The notes under the pieces: model-generated
What the model saw: the letters and a program-made list of their open reading frames with translations, nothing else
Database searches by the model: none
Told to the model about the DNA's origin: nothing
Made by a program: the position numbers and the translations under genes
NCBI GenBank assembly: GCA_964594775.1
Contig: CAZQNO010000001.1
Span: forward strand, 1,195 to 65,194
Reading direction: 5' to 3'
DNA: 64,000 nucleotides
Source of the DNA: an uncultured Spirochaetaceae bacterium
GTDB taxonomy: Bacteria > Spirochaetota > Spirochaetia > DSM-16054 > Sediminispirochaetaceae
Part shown: positions 17,516 to 27,842 of the stretch, piece by piece
Layout of the letters: every line of letters begins with the position of its first letter
How positions within the stretch are numbered: position 1 is the stretch's first letter

Positions 17516-18490
17516 ATGCAGTTGCCCGGTGATCGCTTCAATTTTTCCATGCGACCGGATGTGGTCGAGAAAAGAAAAAAACAACGCAGAGTTCTCGCCC
17601 TCGTTCTCTTTGGCACCCTTGCTTTGACCCTTTTTCTTCTTATCGTTACGGGAAAACTACCGTTCTTCCACTCTTCTTCGAAGAACACCGATAATAGAGA
17701 AACGGTTGAAGAGAAGACTCTCGCCGAGCTCTGGGAAGAGCGGGATTACCTTACGATAAACGAACGCTGCGAGAAGATTCTCGAATTGGATCCCCTCTCT
17801 GAGGAACATCTTCTCTATAACGGCTTTGCCTACTTCTACCGGGGTTCGAACCAATATACTCCGGAGGACCAGTTTCCTCTTTTCGACAAGGCGGTTATCA
17901 ATTTACGCAAACTTTTGATTTTTGATAATCCCCCTGAACAGGGTAAGATCCACTACGTCTTGGGAAAGACCTACTTCCATAAGGGGAGATTCTATCTCGA
18001 CCTTGCCGTGCTGCATCTTCGCAGATCCGTCGAACTGGGATATGCGGCTTCCGATACGCTGCGGTATCTCGGTCTTTCTCTCGGAGAGATGGGCAGGTAT
18101 GAGGAGAGTATCGAGATTTTTCTTAAAGCGGCGGAAAATAGTCCGGACGCGATTCTCTACATGACAATCGGGCAAACATACTATAAAATGGGACGCAACG
18201 ATAAGGCCCTTGAGTTCCTCAACCGATCGGTTCAAACGACCGATCGGGGAGCGGTTGAACAACGCGCGAGGTTTCTCCTGGGAAAGATATATATGGACAT
18301 GGATCAAATAGAAAAGGCAAGAGATCAGTTCGAAGTTATTCTTTCAAAGGATCCGAGATCCGCCGACGCCCATTATCATTTGGGTGAAATCTACGAGCTG
18401 AAGGGCGATAACGTGAAGGCAAGAGCGGCGTGGAGAAAGACGTTGAACATTGAACCTTCCCACTACGGTGCACTGCTGAAACTGTACTAG
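17516..18490 (+). CDS. Membrane-anchored tetratricopeptide (TPR) repeat protein
   Basis: The N-terminal TM segment is VLALVLFGTLALTLFLLIV. Several TPR-like 34-mers follow (e.g. AHYHLGEIYELKGDNVKARAAWRKTLNIEP). Confidence 0.7.
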   Translation: MQLPGDRFNFSMRPDVVEKRKKQRRVLALVLFGTLALTLFLLIVTGKLPFFHSSSKNTDNRETVEEKTLAELWEERDYLTINERCEKILELDPLSEEHLLYNGFAYFYRGSNQYTPEDQFPLFDKAVINLRKLLIFDNPPEQGKIHYVLGKTYFHKGRFYLDLAVLHLRRSVELGYAASDTLRYLGLSLGEMGRYEESIEIFLKAAENSPDAILYMTIGQTYYKMGRNDKALEFLNRSVQTTDRGAVEQRARFLLGKIYMDMDQIEKARDQFEVILSKDPRSADAHYHLGEIYELKGDNVKARAAWRKTLNIEPSHYGALLKLY

Positions 18491-18520
18491 CACTTAACTA
18501 CCACAGGAGGAGACGAGAAA

Positions 18521-19573
18521 ATGGCGTTCAAAAAGCTGAGTGATGCCTTTACGACGGATATCGGAATAGACCTCGGAACATGTAATACCCTCGTTTATGT
18601 ACGGGGCAAGGGAATCGTGATAAGCGAACCTTCCGTGGTTGCGGTGGAAAGGGGTACTAAAAAGGTTGTTGCAGTCGGTGCCGAGGCAAAGAGAATGCTT
18701 TGGAAGACTCCCGGAGACATTATCGCGATTCGACCCCTGCGAGACGGTGTTATTGCCGATTTAGAAACGACCGAAAAGATGATCCGCTACTTCATTTCGA
18801 AGATTCTGCCCCGGCGCTGGTTCGTAAAGCCGAGAATGGTGATCGGGGTGCCAACCTGTATTACCGAAGTAGAGCGGCGCGCCGTGGAGGAAAGCGCCTA
18901 TAAGGCCGGCGCCAGAGAAGTAAAGGTTATAGAAGAGTCTCTCGCCGCCGCAATAGGGGCGAATATTCCTATTTTCGAACCGGCGGGGCACATGGTGTGC
19001 GATGTGGGGGGAGGAACGACGGAGATCTCCGTTATTTCTCTCGGCGGCATGGTCGTTACCAACGCGATACGTCTCGGCGGAGACGAATTCGACGAGGCCA
19101 TAATAAAGCACGTGAGAAGCGTTCATAATCTTATAGTCGGAGAACAAACGGCGGAAAATCTAAAAATGAGCATTGGAAACGCCTCGGCGGATAAGCATAT
19201 CGAAAAGATGGAGATTAAGGGGACAGATGCCATAACCGGGCTGCCCCGCAGACTCGAGATAGACAGCGTGGAAGTAAGAGAGGCGCTTCAGGAACCGATA
19301 GGGGCGGTCATAGAAGAGATAAAACGTACTCTCGGACAGACACCGCCGGAGCTCGCCGCCGATATCGTAGAGCGGGGAATCGTTATGACCGGAGGTGGAT
19401 CTCTCCTCAAGGGGCTGCCGAAACTCATCGCGAAAGAGACGGGGGTGCCCGTTATCTTGGCCGAGGAGCCGCTTCTCTGCGTGGCAAAGGGAGCGGGTAT
19501 TTTTTTCGAACACGCACGCAGCGCAGGAGAGAACAACAATACGATTTATAACAGTATCAGCAGTTCTCAATAA
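18521..19573 (+). CDS. mreB: Rod shape-determining protein MreB
   Basis: Actin-fold motifs are [42 protein letters not shown] and [14 protein letters not shown]. An AGGAGG SD lies upstream. Confidence 0.96.
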   Translation: MAFKKLSDAFTTDIGIDLGTCNTLVYVRGKGIVISEPSVVAVERGTKKVVAVGAEAKRMLWKTPGDIIAIRPLRDGVIADLETTEKMIRYFISKILPRRWFVKPRMVIGVPTCITEVERRAVEESAYKAGAREVKVIEESLAAAIGANIPIFEPAGHMVCDVGGGTTEISVISLGGMVVTNAIRLGGDEFDEAIIKHVRSVHNLIVGEQTAENLKMSIGNASADKHIEKMEIKGTDAITGLPRRLEIDSVEVREALQEPIGAVIEEIKRTLGQTPPELAADIVERGIVMTGGGSLLKGLPKLIAKETGVPVILAEEPLLCVAKGAGIFFEHARSAGENNNTIYNSISSSQ

Positions 19574-20430
19574 TGGAAAAATTCACGCGTTTTTTTCGCG
19601 CTCATAAAGAGGCCGCGGTCTTTATGTTTCTTCTCCTCATAGCCTTTGTCCTTCTTTCGCTGCAGAGCACCGCGCTGGTAAAAAAGTCGAATAATATCGG
19701 CTACTCTCTCGTTTCTTCCGTTCAGCTTGGTTTTTCGCGCATTGGCTTTTTTTTTACCGATTCCTTAAACTCCATGGGGGAATTGAAGAAGCTTCGGGCC
19801 GAATACGAAACCCTGCAGACGCGCATCGACGAGTATCAGCATATTGAAAGAGACCTCCTGGATTTGAAGAGAGAAAACGAAGCGCTGAAGAAGCTTCTCG
19901 GTTTCTCCAAGGAAATCGACAGGCCCCATCTTGCCGCTCGTATTATCGCAAGGAATGTGGACGGTATTTTCGAAAGTTTCGTTATCGATAAGGGAGAAAG
20001 AGACGGAGTTCGCAAAGATATGCCGCTCATTTCCTATACCGACGGCTTCCAGGGGCTTGTCGGAAGGATCGTTGATACCGCTCCTCATACGGCTAAGGTG
20101 CTTCCTCTTATAGACCGTTCCAGCTACATTGCCGCCCGAGTACAAAAAAGCAGGCAGGAAGGGCTCGTTCGCGGCGCCGGTGATCCGGAGCGAATATTTA
20201 TGGAATATGTCAATAAGCGCGCAAAGGAGGATGTCTCTTACGGCGATCTTATCGTCTCTTCCGGTTTGAGCAGCATCTATCCGACGGGGCTCTACATCGG
20301 GAGGGTTCGTTCGTTTAAAGCACCGGAATGGGAAACCTCTCTTACGCTTGAAATAGAACCGATAGTGGATTTTTCCCGCATCGAGTATGTCTTCGTTCTT
20401 CTTTCCGCCGAACGGGAGGGTGAGTCGTGA
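19573..20430 (+). CDS. mreC: Rod shape-determining protein MreC
   Basis: It has a TM segment, a coiled coil (LKKLRAEYETLQ...ENEALKKLL), and a beta-rich C-domain (GLVGRIVDTAPHTAKVLPLID, GLYIGRV). It directly follows mreB with a 1-nt overlap. Confidence 0.88.
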   Translation: MEKFTRFFRAHKEAAVFMFLLLIAFVLLSLQSTALVKKSNNIGYSLVSSVQLGFSRIGFFFTDSLNSMGELKKLRAEYETLQTRIDEYQHIERDLLDLKRENEALKKLLGFSKEIDRPHLAARIIARNVDGIFESFVIDKGERDGVRKDMPLISYTDGFQGLVGRIVDTAPHTAKVLPLIDRSSYIAARVQKSRQEGLVRGAGDPERIFMEYVNKRAKEDVSYGDLIVSSGLSSIYPTGLYIGRVRSFKAPEWETSLTLEIEPIVDFSRIEYVFVLLSAEREGES

Positions 20431-20936
20431 AAATAAAGAAGAGTCTCCTCTTTACGGTAGTACTCTCCTTGGTGGTCATACTGCAGACTACGGTCCTTTC
20501 CGGGCTTCAGGTTCGTGGAGTCAGGCCGGATTTGGCCCTTCTGCTTCTCGTTTTCTTTTCTCATATTCTGGGACCTATGGAAGGAAAACTCATGGGTTTT
20601 TTTCTCGGTTTGCTGCGGGACTTCCTCTCCCTTTCTCCCCTCGGGTTTCATGCCGTCGTGGATACGACGGTAGGACACATCTTCGGTTTCACGAAGGAGA
20701 AGCTCTATATCGATGCGATAAGTCTTCCTCTCATTCTTGCCGCGGCCGCTACGGTGATAAAGGCTTTTTGGACCTTCATCCTCATTGCTCTTTTTCTGCC
20801 GGAGAAGGTAGAATCTTTCTTCAAGATATCGCTATTGGTCGAGATTGGAGTAAATGCCTTTGTCGCACCGTTTCTCTTTGCATTACTTCGTCTCTTCGGA
20901 TTGATCAAGGATAGAACACGGACGGCTTTTGATTAA
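20427..20936 (+). CDS. mreD: Rod shape-determining protein MreD
   Basis: It is a small polytopic membrane protein with RPDLALLLLVFFS. It sits between mreC and mrdA. The GTG start overlaps the mreC stop. Confidence 0.78.
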   Translation: MKIKKSLLFTVVLSLVVILQTTVLSGLQVRGVRPDLALLLLVFFSHILGPMEGKLMGFFLGLLRDFLSLSPLGFHAVVDTTVGHIFGFTKEKLYIDAISLPLILAAAATVIKAFWTFILIALFLPEKVESFFKISLLVEIGVNAFVAPFLFALLRLFGLIKDRTRTAFD

Positions 20937-22809
20937 TACCATGAACGACAGTCCCTATTCGGCAAATACGGTACGAAACACCTACAGAGGACGGCTCATC
21001 TTTCTCGTTTCACTCTTTATACTGGCGATTTTTTTCTATATTGGGTATATCTTTCGGCTGCAAATAATACAAGGCGGCGAATATCAAAGCCGAGCACGAC
21101 AGGTTAGCAGGCGGATCATGCCCCTTCAGGCACAGAGAGGTGAAATTTATGACAGACAGTACGATTCACCTCTGGTGGTAAACATGGATTCTTTCGCCGT
21201 TGATATAATTCCGGCAGAGGTACACAAGGAAAGCCTAAAAAAGAGCGCGGAAAATCTGGCCCCGCTGGTATCACTGAGCGTGGAGGAAATAATCGAAAAG
21301 GTGCCGGATGATTTCACGTCTTTTCATCGGCCGGTGGAAATAAAAGACGGTATTGATTATCGCAAGATAGCTTACATAGCCGAGCACATAGATGATTTTC
21401 CCGGCATAACATGGCATAGTAAGCCGATTCGCCAGTACCTTAATTTAGGGAGTCTCTCTCATGTGATCGGCTACGTGGGAAATATTACCTCAGAAGAACT
21501 TCAGGTGCTCTACAACGAAGGATATGAGTTCAACTCGGTGGTAGGAAAATCCGGTATTGAAAAAAAGTATGATACTGTTCTGAGAGGGGTAAACGGTAAG
21601 CGATTTTCTACCGTCGATGTCCACGGGAGAATGATGGAGGGTGAGACACTAGAGGAAGTCCCGCCGGTAAACGGCAGCAGCCTGGTCCTCACAATAGATT
21701 CGGAAATTCAGACGCTCGCAGAGAAGGCCCTCGGCGAAAGAATGGGATCGGCAATTGTCATGAAACCGGCAAGCGGAGAGATATTGGCGATGGTTTCCTA
21801 TCCGTGGTTCGATCCGAATATTTTTCACACTGAGGACGCTCGAGGGAAATTCCGTGAACTTTCACTAGATGTAAAGAACCCCTTTCTCAACAGGGCCATA
21901 CAATCCGTTTATGCTCCGGCATCGACTTTCAAGGTGGTAATGAGCACCGCAGCCCTGGCGGAGGAGGCTATATCGCCTGAGAGAAAGATTTACTGCGACG
22001 GTTCGCTGCGGGTGGGGAACAGGACCTTCAAATGCCACGTGCCCGAGGGGCATGGGTACATAGACCTGGCCAATGCCCTTGCAGAATCTTGCGATGTCTA
22101 CTACTACACCCTGGGGCTGAATTATCTTGGAGTCGAGACCATCTCCCGCTACGCGAGAAGCTTCGGTTTCGGAGAATACACGGGAGTGGATCTTCCAGGA
22201 GAAGTAAAGGGTCTGGTCCCCGATCCGGACTGGAAGGAGAATACGCTCAATTCGCCGTGGGTAGGCGGGGATACGGTTAACATGTCGATAGGGCAGGGTT
22301 ATCTTTCGGTGACCCCGATCCAATTGGCAAACATGATGGCGATGACAATAAACGGCGGAACGGTCTATCGGCCTCACGTGGTAAAGGAGCTGCGTGACCC
22401 CGTTACCGGTGCGGTAACGAAAACGATTGAACCGGAAGTGCTTCGTTCATCTACACTACGAAAGGAAATTTTCGAGAAGGTACAAAAACACCTGCGCGGA
22501 GTAATCGAGCACGGGACGGCCGAAGTGGTTATTACCACGGAAGCCGTCGAAGTCGCCGGTAAAACCGGTACAGGCGAGGTCGGATATGAGGACCGCTGGG
22601 ATGCATGGTTCGTCGCCGCAGGCCCATACGGCGCTCCACCGGAAGAACAGATTGTTGTTGTTACCATGGTAGAGGCGAGTAACGAGTGGGAATGGTGGGC
22701 CGTTCGGGCGGCGAACATCATCTTTCAAGGGATCTTCGCCGAGGAAACGTATGATGAGGCCTTGGAATCATTGAACTGGGGGTGGCTGCACAATGACCGA
22801 CAGCCTTAG
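20929..22809 (+). CDS. mrdA: Penicillin-binding protein 2 (elongasome transpeptidase)
   Basis: It has a TM anchor, the RGEIYDR motif, the active site ASTFKV (SxxK), and KTGT. The start could be either the TTG at 20929 or the ATG at 20941. Confidence 0.9.
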   Translation: MINTMNDSPYSANTVRNTYRGRLIFLVSLFILAIFFYIGYIFRLQIIQGGEYQSRARQVSRRIMPLQAQRGEIYDRQYDSPLVVNMDSFAVDIIPAEVHKESLKKSAENLAPLVSLSVEEIIEKVPDDFTSFHRPVEIKDGIDYRKIAYIAEHIDDFPGITWHSKPIRQYLNLGSLSHVIGYVGNITSEELQVLYNEGYEFNSVVGKSGIEKKYDTVLRGVNGKRFSTVDVHGRMMEGETLEEVPPVNGSSLVLTIDSEIQTLAEKALGERMGSAIVMKPASGEILAMVSYPWFDPNIFHTEDARGKFRELSLDVKNPFLNRAIQSVYAPASTFKVVMSTAALAEEAISPERKIYCDGSLRVGNRTFKCHVPEGHGYIDLANALAESCDVYYYTLGLNYLGVETISRYARSFGFGEYTGVDLPGEVKGLVPDPDWKENTLNSPWVGGDTVNMSIGQGYLSVTPIQLANMMAMTINGGTVYRPHVVKELRDPVTGAVTKTIEPEVLRSSTLRKEIFEKVQKHLRGVIEHGTAEVVITTEAVEVAGKTGTGEVGYEDRWDAWFVAAGPYGAPPEEQIVVVTMVEASNEWEWWAVRAANIIFQGIFAEETYDEALESLNWGWLHNDRQP

Positions 22810-24133
22810 AGGAAGAGAAGCAAAACAACGGACGCTCTTTCAATTCGACCTCCCCAGTTTTCTCTCCATGATAGCACTCATGGTAATAGGCGTGCTCTTC
22901 ATTTACTCGAGCAACGTCACCTCTTCCGCCGAATCGTTCCATTCTCGGGAGTATCTACATCAGATCATCTGGATAGTCGGAGGATTGATTATCTACTTCC
23001 TTCTCCAGATGGGCGAATACGAGAGCTACGGCCGTTTCGCTCATTACCTCTACGGAGGAGGAATACTTCTGCTCTTGATAACGCTCTTTTGGGGGAAAAC
23101 GGTTAATGGTGCCCGCTCATGGCTGGGCATATTCGGTTTCGGTATCCAGCCCTCAGAGTTTATGAAAGTCGCCTCCATTCTCATGCTCTCCACGTTTTAC
23201 CGGCAGAGAAGACAGGAAATCGGCAGTCTTTCAACCTATGTGCAGGGTGGAGCGCTTATTCTCATACCCATTTTCTTAGTTATCCTCCAGCCGGACCTGG
23301 GAACGAGTCTCGTCTATATACCTATTTTCCTTGCCGTAAGCTACGTTGCCGGTACGAAAAAGCGCTACAATCTCTTTCTCCTTATAGCAGGCCTGCTCAT
23401 GGTTCTCTTTTCGGTCCTTCCCGTCTGGGAGACCTTTATTCTTCGGCGGGAAATCGGCGTGTTTCGTATTCTCAAGGAGCGTGAATTGCTGGTCTTTACC
23501 GCCGGAATACTCTTTATCACTGCACTGCTGGCGGTGCTCGGTTTCTCGATGGTTAAGAGGAAATACTTCTACTGGATGGCCTACGGATTTTCCATTCTGT
23601 GGACTTCCCTGATCGGATCCTTTTTCTTTCGGATCTTCCTGAAGGACTATCAACTAATGCGGCTCATTGTTTTTCTCAAGCCTGAGGTCGATCCACGGGG
23701 AAGCGGGTGGAACATCATTCAATCGCTTACCGCCGTCGGTTCGGGCGGGTTCACGGGAAAGGGGTATCTCCAAGGCACCCAGAGCCACTATCAGTATCTT
23801 CCCCAGCGCAGCACCGATTTTATCTTCTCCATTATCGCCGAAGAATGGGGTTTTCTCGGTTCTTTTCTCATTCTCGGTCTCTTTTCTCTCATTCTCATCC
23901 GGGGGATATTTATTCTTCTCAACGCGAGAGATTCCTTTGCCGTGCTTCTCGGAAGCGGAATTCTCACCATGCTCTTTTTTCACCTTATGGTGAATATCGG
24001 CATGGCGATTGGGATAATGCCGATAACCGGTATTCCCCTCTTCTTTCTTTCCTACGGAGGCTCTTCCCTGTGGACCGCGGTAGCAGCAATGGCCCTTCTT
24101 CAGAACATCTATCTCAACAGGTACACCTATTGA
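22793..24133 (+). CDS. rodA: Peptidoglycan glycosyltransferase RodA (SEDS family)
   Basis: It is a polytopic FtsW/RodA/SpoVE-family protein with QPSEFMKVA, LQPDLGT, TDFIFSIIAEEWGF and GIPLFFLSYGGSS. Confidence 0.92.
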   Translation: MTDSLRGREAKQRTLFQFDLPSFLSMIALMVIGVLFIYSSNVTSSAESFHSREYLHQIIWIVGGLIIYFLLQMGEYESYGRFAHYLYGGGILLLLITLFWGKTVNGARSWLGIFGFGIQPSEFMKVASILMLSTFYRQRRQEIGSLSTYVQGGALILIPIFLVILQPDLGTSLVYIPIFLAVSYVAGTKKRYNLFLLIAGLLMVLFSVLPVWETFILRREIGVFRILKERELLVFTAGILFITALLAVLGFSMVKRKYFYWMAYGFSILWTSLIGSFFFRIFLKDYQLMRLIVFLKPEVDPRGSGWNIIQSLTAVGSGGFTGKGYLQGTQSHYQYLPQRSTDFIFSIIAEEWGFLGSFLILGLFSLILIRGIFILLNARDSFAVLLGSGILTMLFFHLMVNIGMAIGIMPITGIPLFFLSYGGSSLWTAVAAMALLQNIYLNRYTY

Positions 24134-26580
24134 TCAAGAGAGTTTCCTTTGAAGAAGAGCTTGCCCCGCTGCTTCCTCTTGTGCAAATGCCCGGCCGCTA
24201 CAGCGGAGGGGAGTACGGTGCCCGGAAGGGAATGGATACGGAAACCGGCGATGTAGTTATAGGAATAGCATTTCCCGACCTCTACGAAATCGGGATGTCG
24301 AATTTAGCGGTAAAACTTCTCTACCGAGAACTGAACAACAGAGAAGGTGTTCGCTGCGAACGGGTTTTTTCTCCGGCACCGGATTTCGAGGAGCTTCTCA
24401 GAAAACACCAAATACCCCTGTCGACGCTGGAAAGCGGAATAGCCCTTTCGAGTCTCGATCTTTTGGGCATCTCTATCGGCTATGAACTTGCGGCGACAAA
24501 TATACTCGCTCTTTTAGCGCTCGGAGGCATTTCTCTAGAGAGAACGGCACGGTCCGGCACTGAGCCCCTCGTTATCGCCGGCGGCCCGGCAATAACGAAT
24601 CCCGCTCCCTTTGCCCGCTTCTTCGACGGAATCTACGTGGGAGAAGCCGAGGAGGTGATGCCGCAGCTCATTGAAAAGCTGCGGACGATGAAGGAAATGA
24701 AGGGGCGGGAATTCCGGAGAACAGATGGGCTCAAGCTTCTCAACGATCATCCGTCTGTTTGGACAAAAGATAAATCCGAGAGGGGAGAGAAGACGGTCAG
24801 GGCGGTCTGGAAAGGCTTCGGCAGAAGGCAGATCGGCTATATGCCCGTTCCGAACATCAAGGTCGTGCAGGACCACGGAGTGGTAGAGATCATGCGGGGC
24901 TGTCCTAACGGCTGTAGATTTTGCCATGCAGGCATTCTCTATCGTCCTTTTCGGCAAAAATCCGTGAAGAGGATTATCGAGGAGGTCGATTATCTCGTTC
25001 ACGATCTCGGCTATCGGGAAGTAACCTTATCGAGTTTATCTTCCGGTGATTATTCCGGATTAGACACAGTGGTAAAGTATCTGCATCGAAGATACGAACA
25101 GTGGGGGGTATCGTTTGCGCTGCCGTCGCTTCGGATTGACAGTTTTACCCTTCCGCTGCTGCGGGAGATTTCTCGAGTACGGAAATCCGGGATCACCTTC
25201 GCCGTTGAAACCCCGCTCGTCCAATGGCAGCGCGGGATCAACAAGGAGGTGCCGCTCGAGAAGGTAATCGAGATACTAAGAGAGGCAAAGCAGCAGGGAT
25301 GGTTCATGGCGAAGTTCTACTTCATGATAGGGCTCCCCGTGAGGGTCTGTCGGAGTCACAAGCGGGATTACGGTGATGAAAGCGATGCGATTATTGCTTT
25401 TCTGCAAAGGGTACGGGAAGAGAGCGGATTTAAGATTAACGCCAACATTGGGACCTTTATTCCGAAAGCCCACACGCCTTTCCAATGGGCCGGACAGCTC
25501 GGCGAATATGCGGCGCGGGAACTCATACGAAAGATGCAAAATCATTTTCAGCGCTCACCCGTTCGAATCGCCTATCACTCTCCCTTCATTTCGCTTCTCG
25601 AAGGGGTTTTCTCCCGGGGAGACGAAAGGGTGGCGGATCTCATTCTACGTGCATATGAGAAGGGGGCCAGGTTAGATGCCTGGGAGGAGCACCTCTCCGT
25701 GGATATCTGGAGGGATGTTTTTGCCGCTGCCGGATGGGATGTGGAGAAAGAGACCTGCAGGTCGAGAGATGAAGAAGAAAAGCTTCCCTGGGAGAGTCTG
25801 GATCTGGGCATTGATAAGAGCTATCTCCTGGAGGAGTGGAGAAAAGCGGGAGCAGGGGAGACGAGCTCTCCCTGTCTCTTCCCCTGCACTCATCATTGCG
25901 GGGTGTGCAGGGAGGGAATACGGCCGATAGAAAGCGAAACAGTAGAAGTTCCGGATATTCCCACAGAGCAGAATGAGCGTATAAGGAGAGACTCGAATGC
26001 TCCTGAGGGAAGGTGGTTCCTCTTCCGTTTCCGAAAAAGGGGAAGGGCTCGCTTTCTCTCCCATATCAACGTAATGACGATCTTCGAGCGTTCCTTTCAG
26101 CGTGCGGGAATACGAATTGAACACAGCCGGGGCTACAATCCAAAACCGCGTCTTGAGTTCGCTCACCCGTTGATGCTCGGTATAGAATCGGATGCTGAAG
26201 TATGTCGAGCAAAAATACGATGTGAAGAGAGCTGCGATTCGTTTCATCTCGCGGAGAAACTGCGTGGAGTTTTTCCTGAGGGGATCGAAGTCATCGAGGC
26301 GGGAGAAATTGTGCCGGAGTTTTCTCGAGGAAAGGGTAAGTCTCTCATGGCCCTTTATGGCGGATCGATTTTTTCGGTAACGAAAATTGATTCCCACGCC
26401 AATGAGGCAGCTGTTTCAAAGGAGTTTGTCGATATCAAGAGATTGAAAGAAGAGATGGAAGCCTGCGGCGGTCCGGGAAAATACCTTTCCGAACAGAGAA
26501 TACTCCGCAAATCCCTGTTCGCCGTCGATCCGAATACGGGAAAGAATACCGATTACTTTACACTATTTACTAGCAGGTAA
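24130..26580 (+). CDS. Radical SAM protein (TIGR03960-like) fused to a DUF2344/TIGR03936-like C-terminal domain
   Basis: The N-terminus reads LPLVQMPGRYSGGEYG. The 4Fe-4S motif is RGCPNGCRFCHAG (CxxxCxxC). The C-terminal segment is RFRKRGRARFLSHINVMTIFERSFQRAGIRIEHSRGYNPKP. I place the start at the TTG at 24130, which overlaps the rodA stop (TTGA); the track start at 23707 lies inside rodA. Confidence 0.82.
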   Translation: MIKRVSFEEELAPLLPLVQMPGRYSGGEYGARKGMDTETGDVVIGIAFPDLYEIGMSNLAVKLLYRELNNREGVRCERVFSPAPDFEELLRKHQIPLSTLESGIALSSLDLLGISIGYELAATNILALLALGGISLERTARSGTEPLVIAGGPAITNPAPFARFFDGIYVGEAEEVMPQLIEKLRTMKEMKGREFRRTDGLKLLNDHPSVWTKDKSERGEKTVRAVWKGFGRRQIGYMPVPNIKVVQDHGVVEIMRGCPNGCRFCHAGILYRPFRQKSVKRIIEEVDYLVHDLGYREVTLSSLSSGDYSGLDTVVKYLHRRYEQWGVSFALPSLRIDSFTLPLLREISRVRKSGITFAVETPLVQWQRGINKEVPLEKVIEILREAKQQGWFMAKFYFMIGLPVRVCRSHKRDYGDESDAIIAFLQRVREESGFKINANIGTFIPKAHTPFQWAGQLGEYAARELIRKMQNHFQRSPVRIAYHSPFISLLEGVFSRGDERVADLILRAYEKGARLDAWEEHLSVDIWRDVFAAAGWDVEKETCRSRDEEEKLPWESLDLGIDKSYLLEEWRKAGAGETSSPCLFPCTHHCGVCREGIRPIESETVEVPDIPTEQNERIRRDSNAPEGRWFLFRFRKRGRARFLSHINVMTIFERSFQRAGIRIEHSRGYNPKPRLEFAHPLMLGIESDAEVCRAKIRCEESCDSFHLAEKLRGVFPEGIEVIEAGEIVPEFSRGKGKSLMALYGGSIFSVTKIDSHANEAAVSKEFVDIKRLKEEMEACGGPGKYLSEQRILRKSLFAVDPNTGKNTDYFTLFTSR

Positions 26581-26586
26581 TATTTT

Positions 26587-27402
26587 TTATACGTTTTTAT
26601 CCTTTGCTTCGTTCCAAAACGCATCCATCAGGGAAAAGTTGTCTTTTGAAAGCTCTTTACCGGCCGATTTCATTTTCTCTTCGATATAGCGAAAACGTTT
26701 GACGAATTTTTGATTCGTTCTATGGAGCGCTACGGCAGGATCGATGTTGAGAAAGCGCGAAAGATTTACCAGCGAAAAGAGAACGTCGCCAATCTCTTCC
26801 TCGGTTCCGGAAACAGAACCGTTCTTCAATTCTTCTCTCAATTCATCGAGTTCTTCAATGACTTTATGCGTTACCTCTTGCGATCGATCCCAATCGAAAC
26901 CAAGCCGCGAGACCTTCTTTTGTAACTTATACGCACGTTCAAGAGGAGGGTAGCTTCTTGGAATTTCCTCGGTAATGGAGTCGACTTCCTTCTTGTTTTC
27001 CACATCACGTTTTATTTGATTCCAGAGTTCTATCACTTCGCCGGCGTCTTCTTTTTTCATATCACCGAAGACGTGCGGATGACGCCTTACGAGTTTGTCG
27101 GAAATATCGTGGAGCACCTCCGAAACGGTAAAAGAGTTGTTTTGTTCCTGCATGTAGCTGATCATGGTGACGAGAAGAAATATATCACCCAATTCCTCCC
27201 GCATGTTATCTCTGTCTTTTCCGCCGGCCGCTTCGATAAATTCATAACTCTCCTCGATAAGACTCGGTGCGAGACTTGTCGGAGTCTGTTTTTTATCCCA
27301 GGGACAGCCTTCGGGACCACGAAGGGTCTTGATTATAGAGAAAAGCCGTAAAAACGCTTCGCCCGTTTTCGTATCGGCCGGTGATTCGCTATGCCGGTTC
27401 AT
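26587..27402 (-). CDS. mazG: Nucleoside triphosphate pyrophosphohydrolase MazG
   Basis: It carries GCPWDKKQT and two tandem MazG EExxE-type repeats (EESYEFIEA...REELGDIFL and IEELDELREE...EEIGDVLF). Confidence 0.9.
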   Translation of the reverse strand: MNRHSESPADTKTGEAFLRLFSIIKTLRGPEGCPWDKKQTPTSLAPSLIEESYEFIEAAGGKDRDNMREELGDIFLLVTMISYMQEQNNSFTVSEVLHDISDKLVRRHPHVFGDMKKEDAGEVIELWNQIKRDVENKKEVDSITEEIPRSYPPLERAYKLQKKVSRLGFDWDRSQEVTHKVIEELDELREELKNGSVSGTEEEIGDVLFSLVNLSRFLNIDPAVALHRTNQKFVKRFRYIEEKMKSAGKELSKDNFSLMDAFWNEAKDKNV

Positions 27403-27497
27403 TTACTGGCCCATACTGTTTTGCCGGTATAAGTAGACAGAATATATATTATCGGAAGTGCAGTGAGGAAAGCCGTCTTCGATTGCATACGAATAAC

Positions 27498-27800
27498 TCA
27501 ATCTCCTTTATCATTATCTCTATAGCGGTCGCCTGCTTTGACAAAAATCCAGAGGAGAATCGCCGAACCGATTATCGGCGGAAAAATATTTATCGAACCG
27601 TTGATATTGGTTAGTAAAACGAAGAAATCGTGGAAAAGATGCTCCGTTGCAGCACCGAGAAAGGATCCGATCAGTCCTACTATAAGCGCACCAATGAAGT
27701 GGCCTATCACCTCCCGGCGGAAAACATAGTAGGAGAGAATGGCAGCAGAAAAGCCGATGATAAAATAGATGAGACCGATGTTGAAATAGTAGTTTACCAT
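27498..27800 (-). CDS. Small membrane protein, GlsB/YeaQ/YmgE-like
   Basis: It is about 100 aa with three hydrophobic segments. The Gly-zipper-like GALIVGLIGSFLGA is typical of that family. Confidence 0.5.
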   Translation of the reverse strand: MVNYYFNIGLIYFIIGFSAAILSYYVFRREVIGHFIGALIVGLIGSFLGAATEHLFHDFFVLLTNINGSINIFPPIIGSAILLWIFVKAGDRYRDNDKGD

Positions 27801-27842
27801 ATAAGTGAATATACGGTGTTCGCCCGACGCGTGTAAAGGGCT

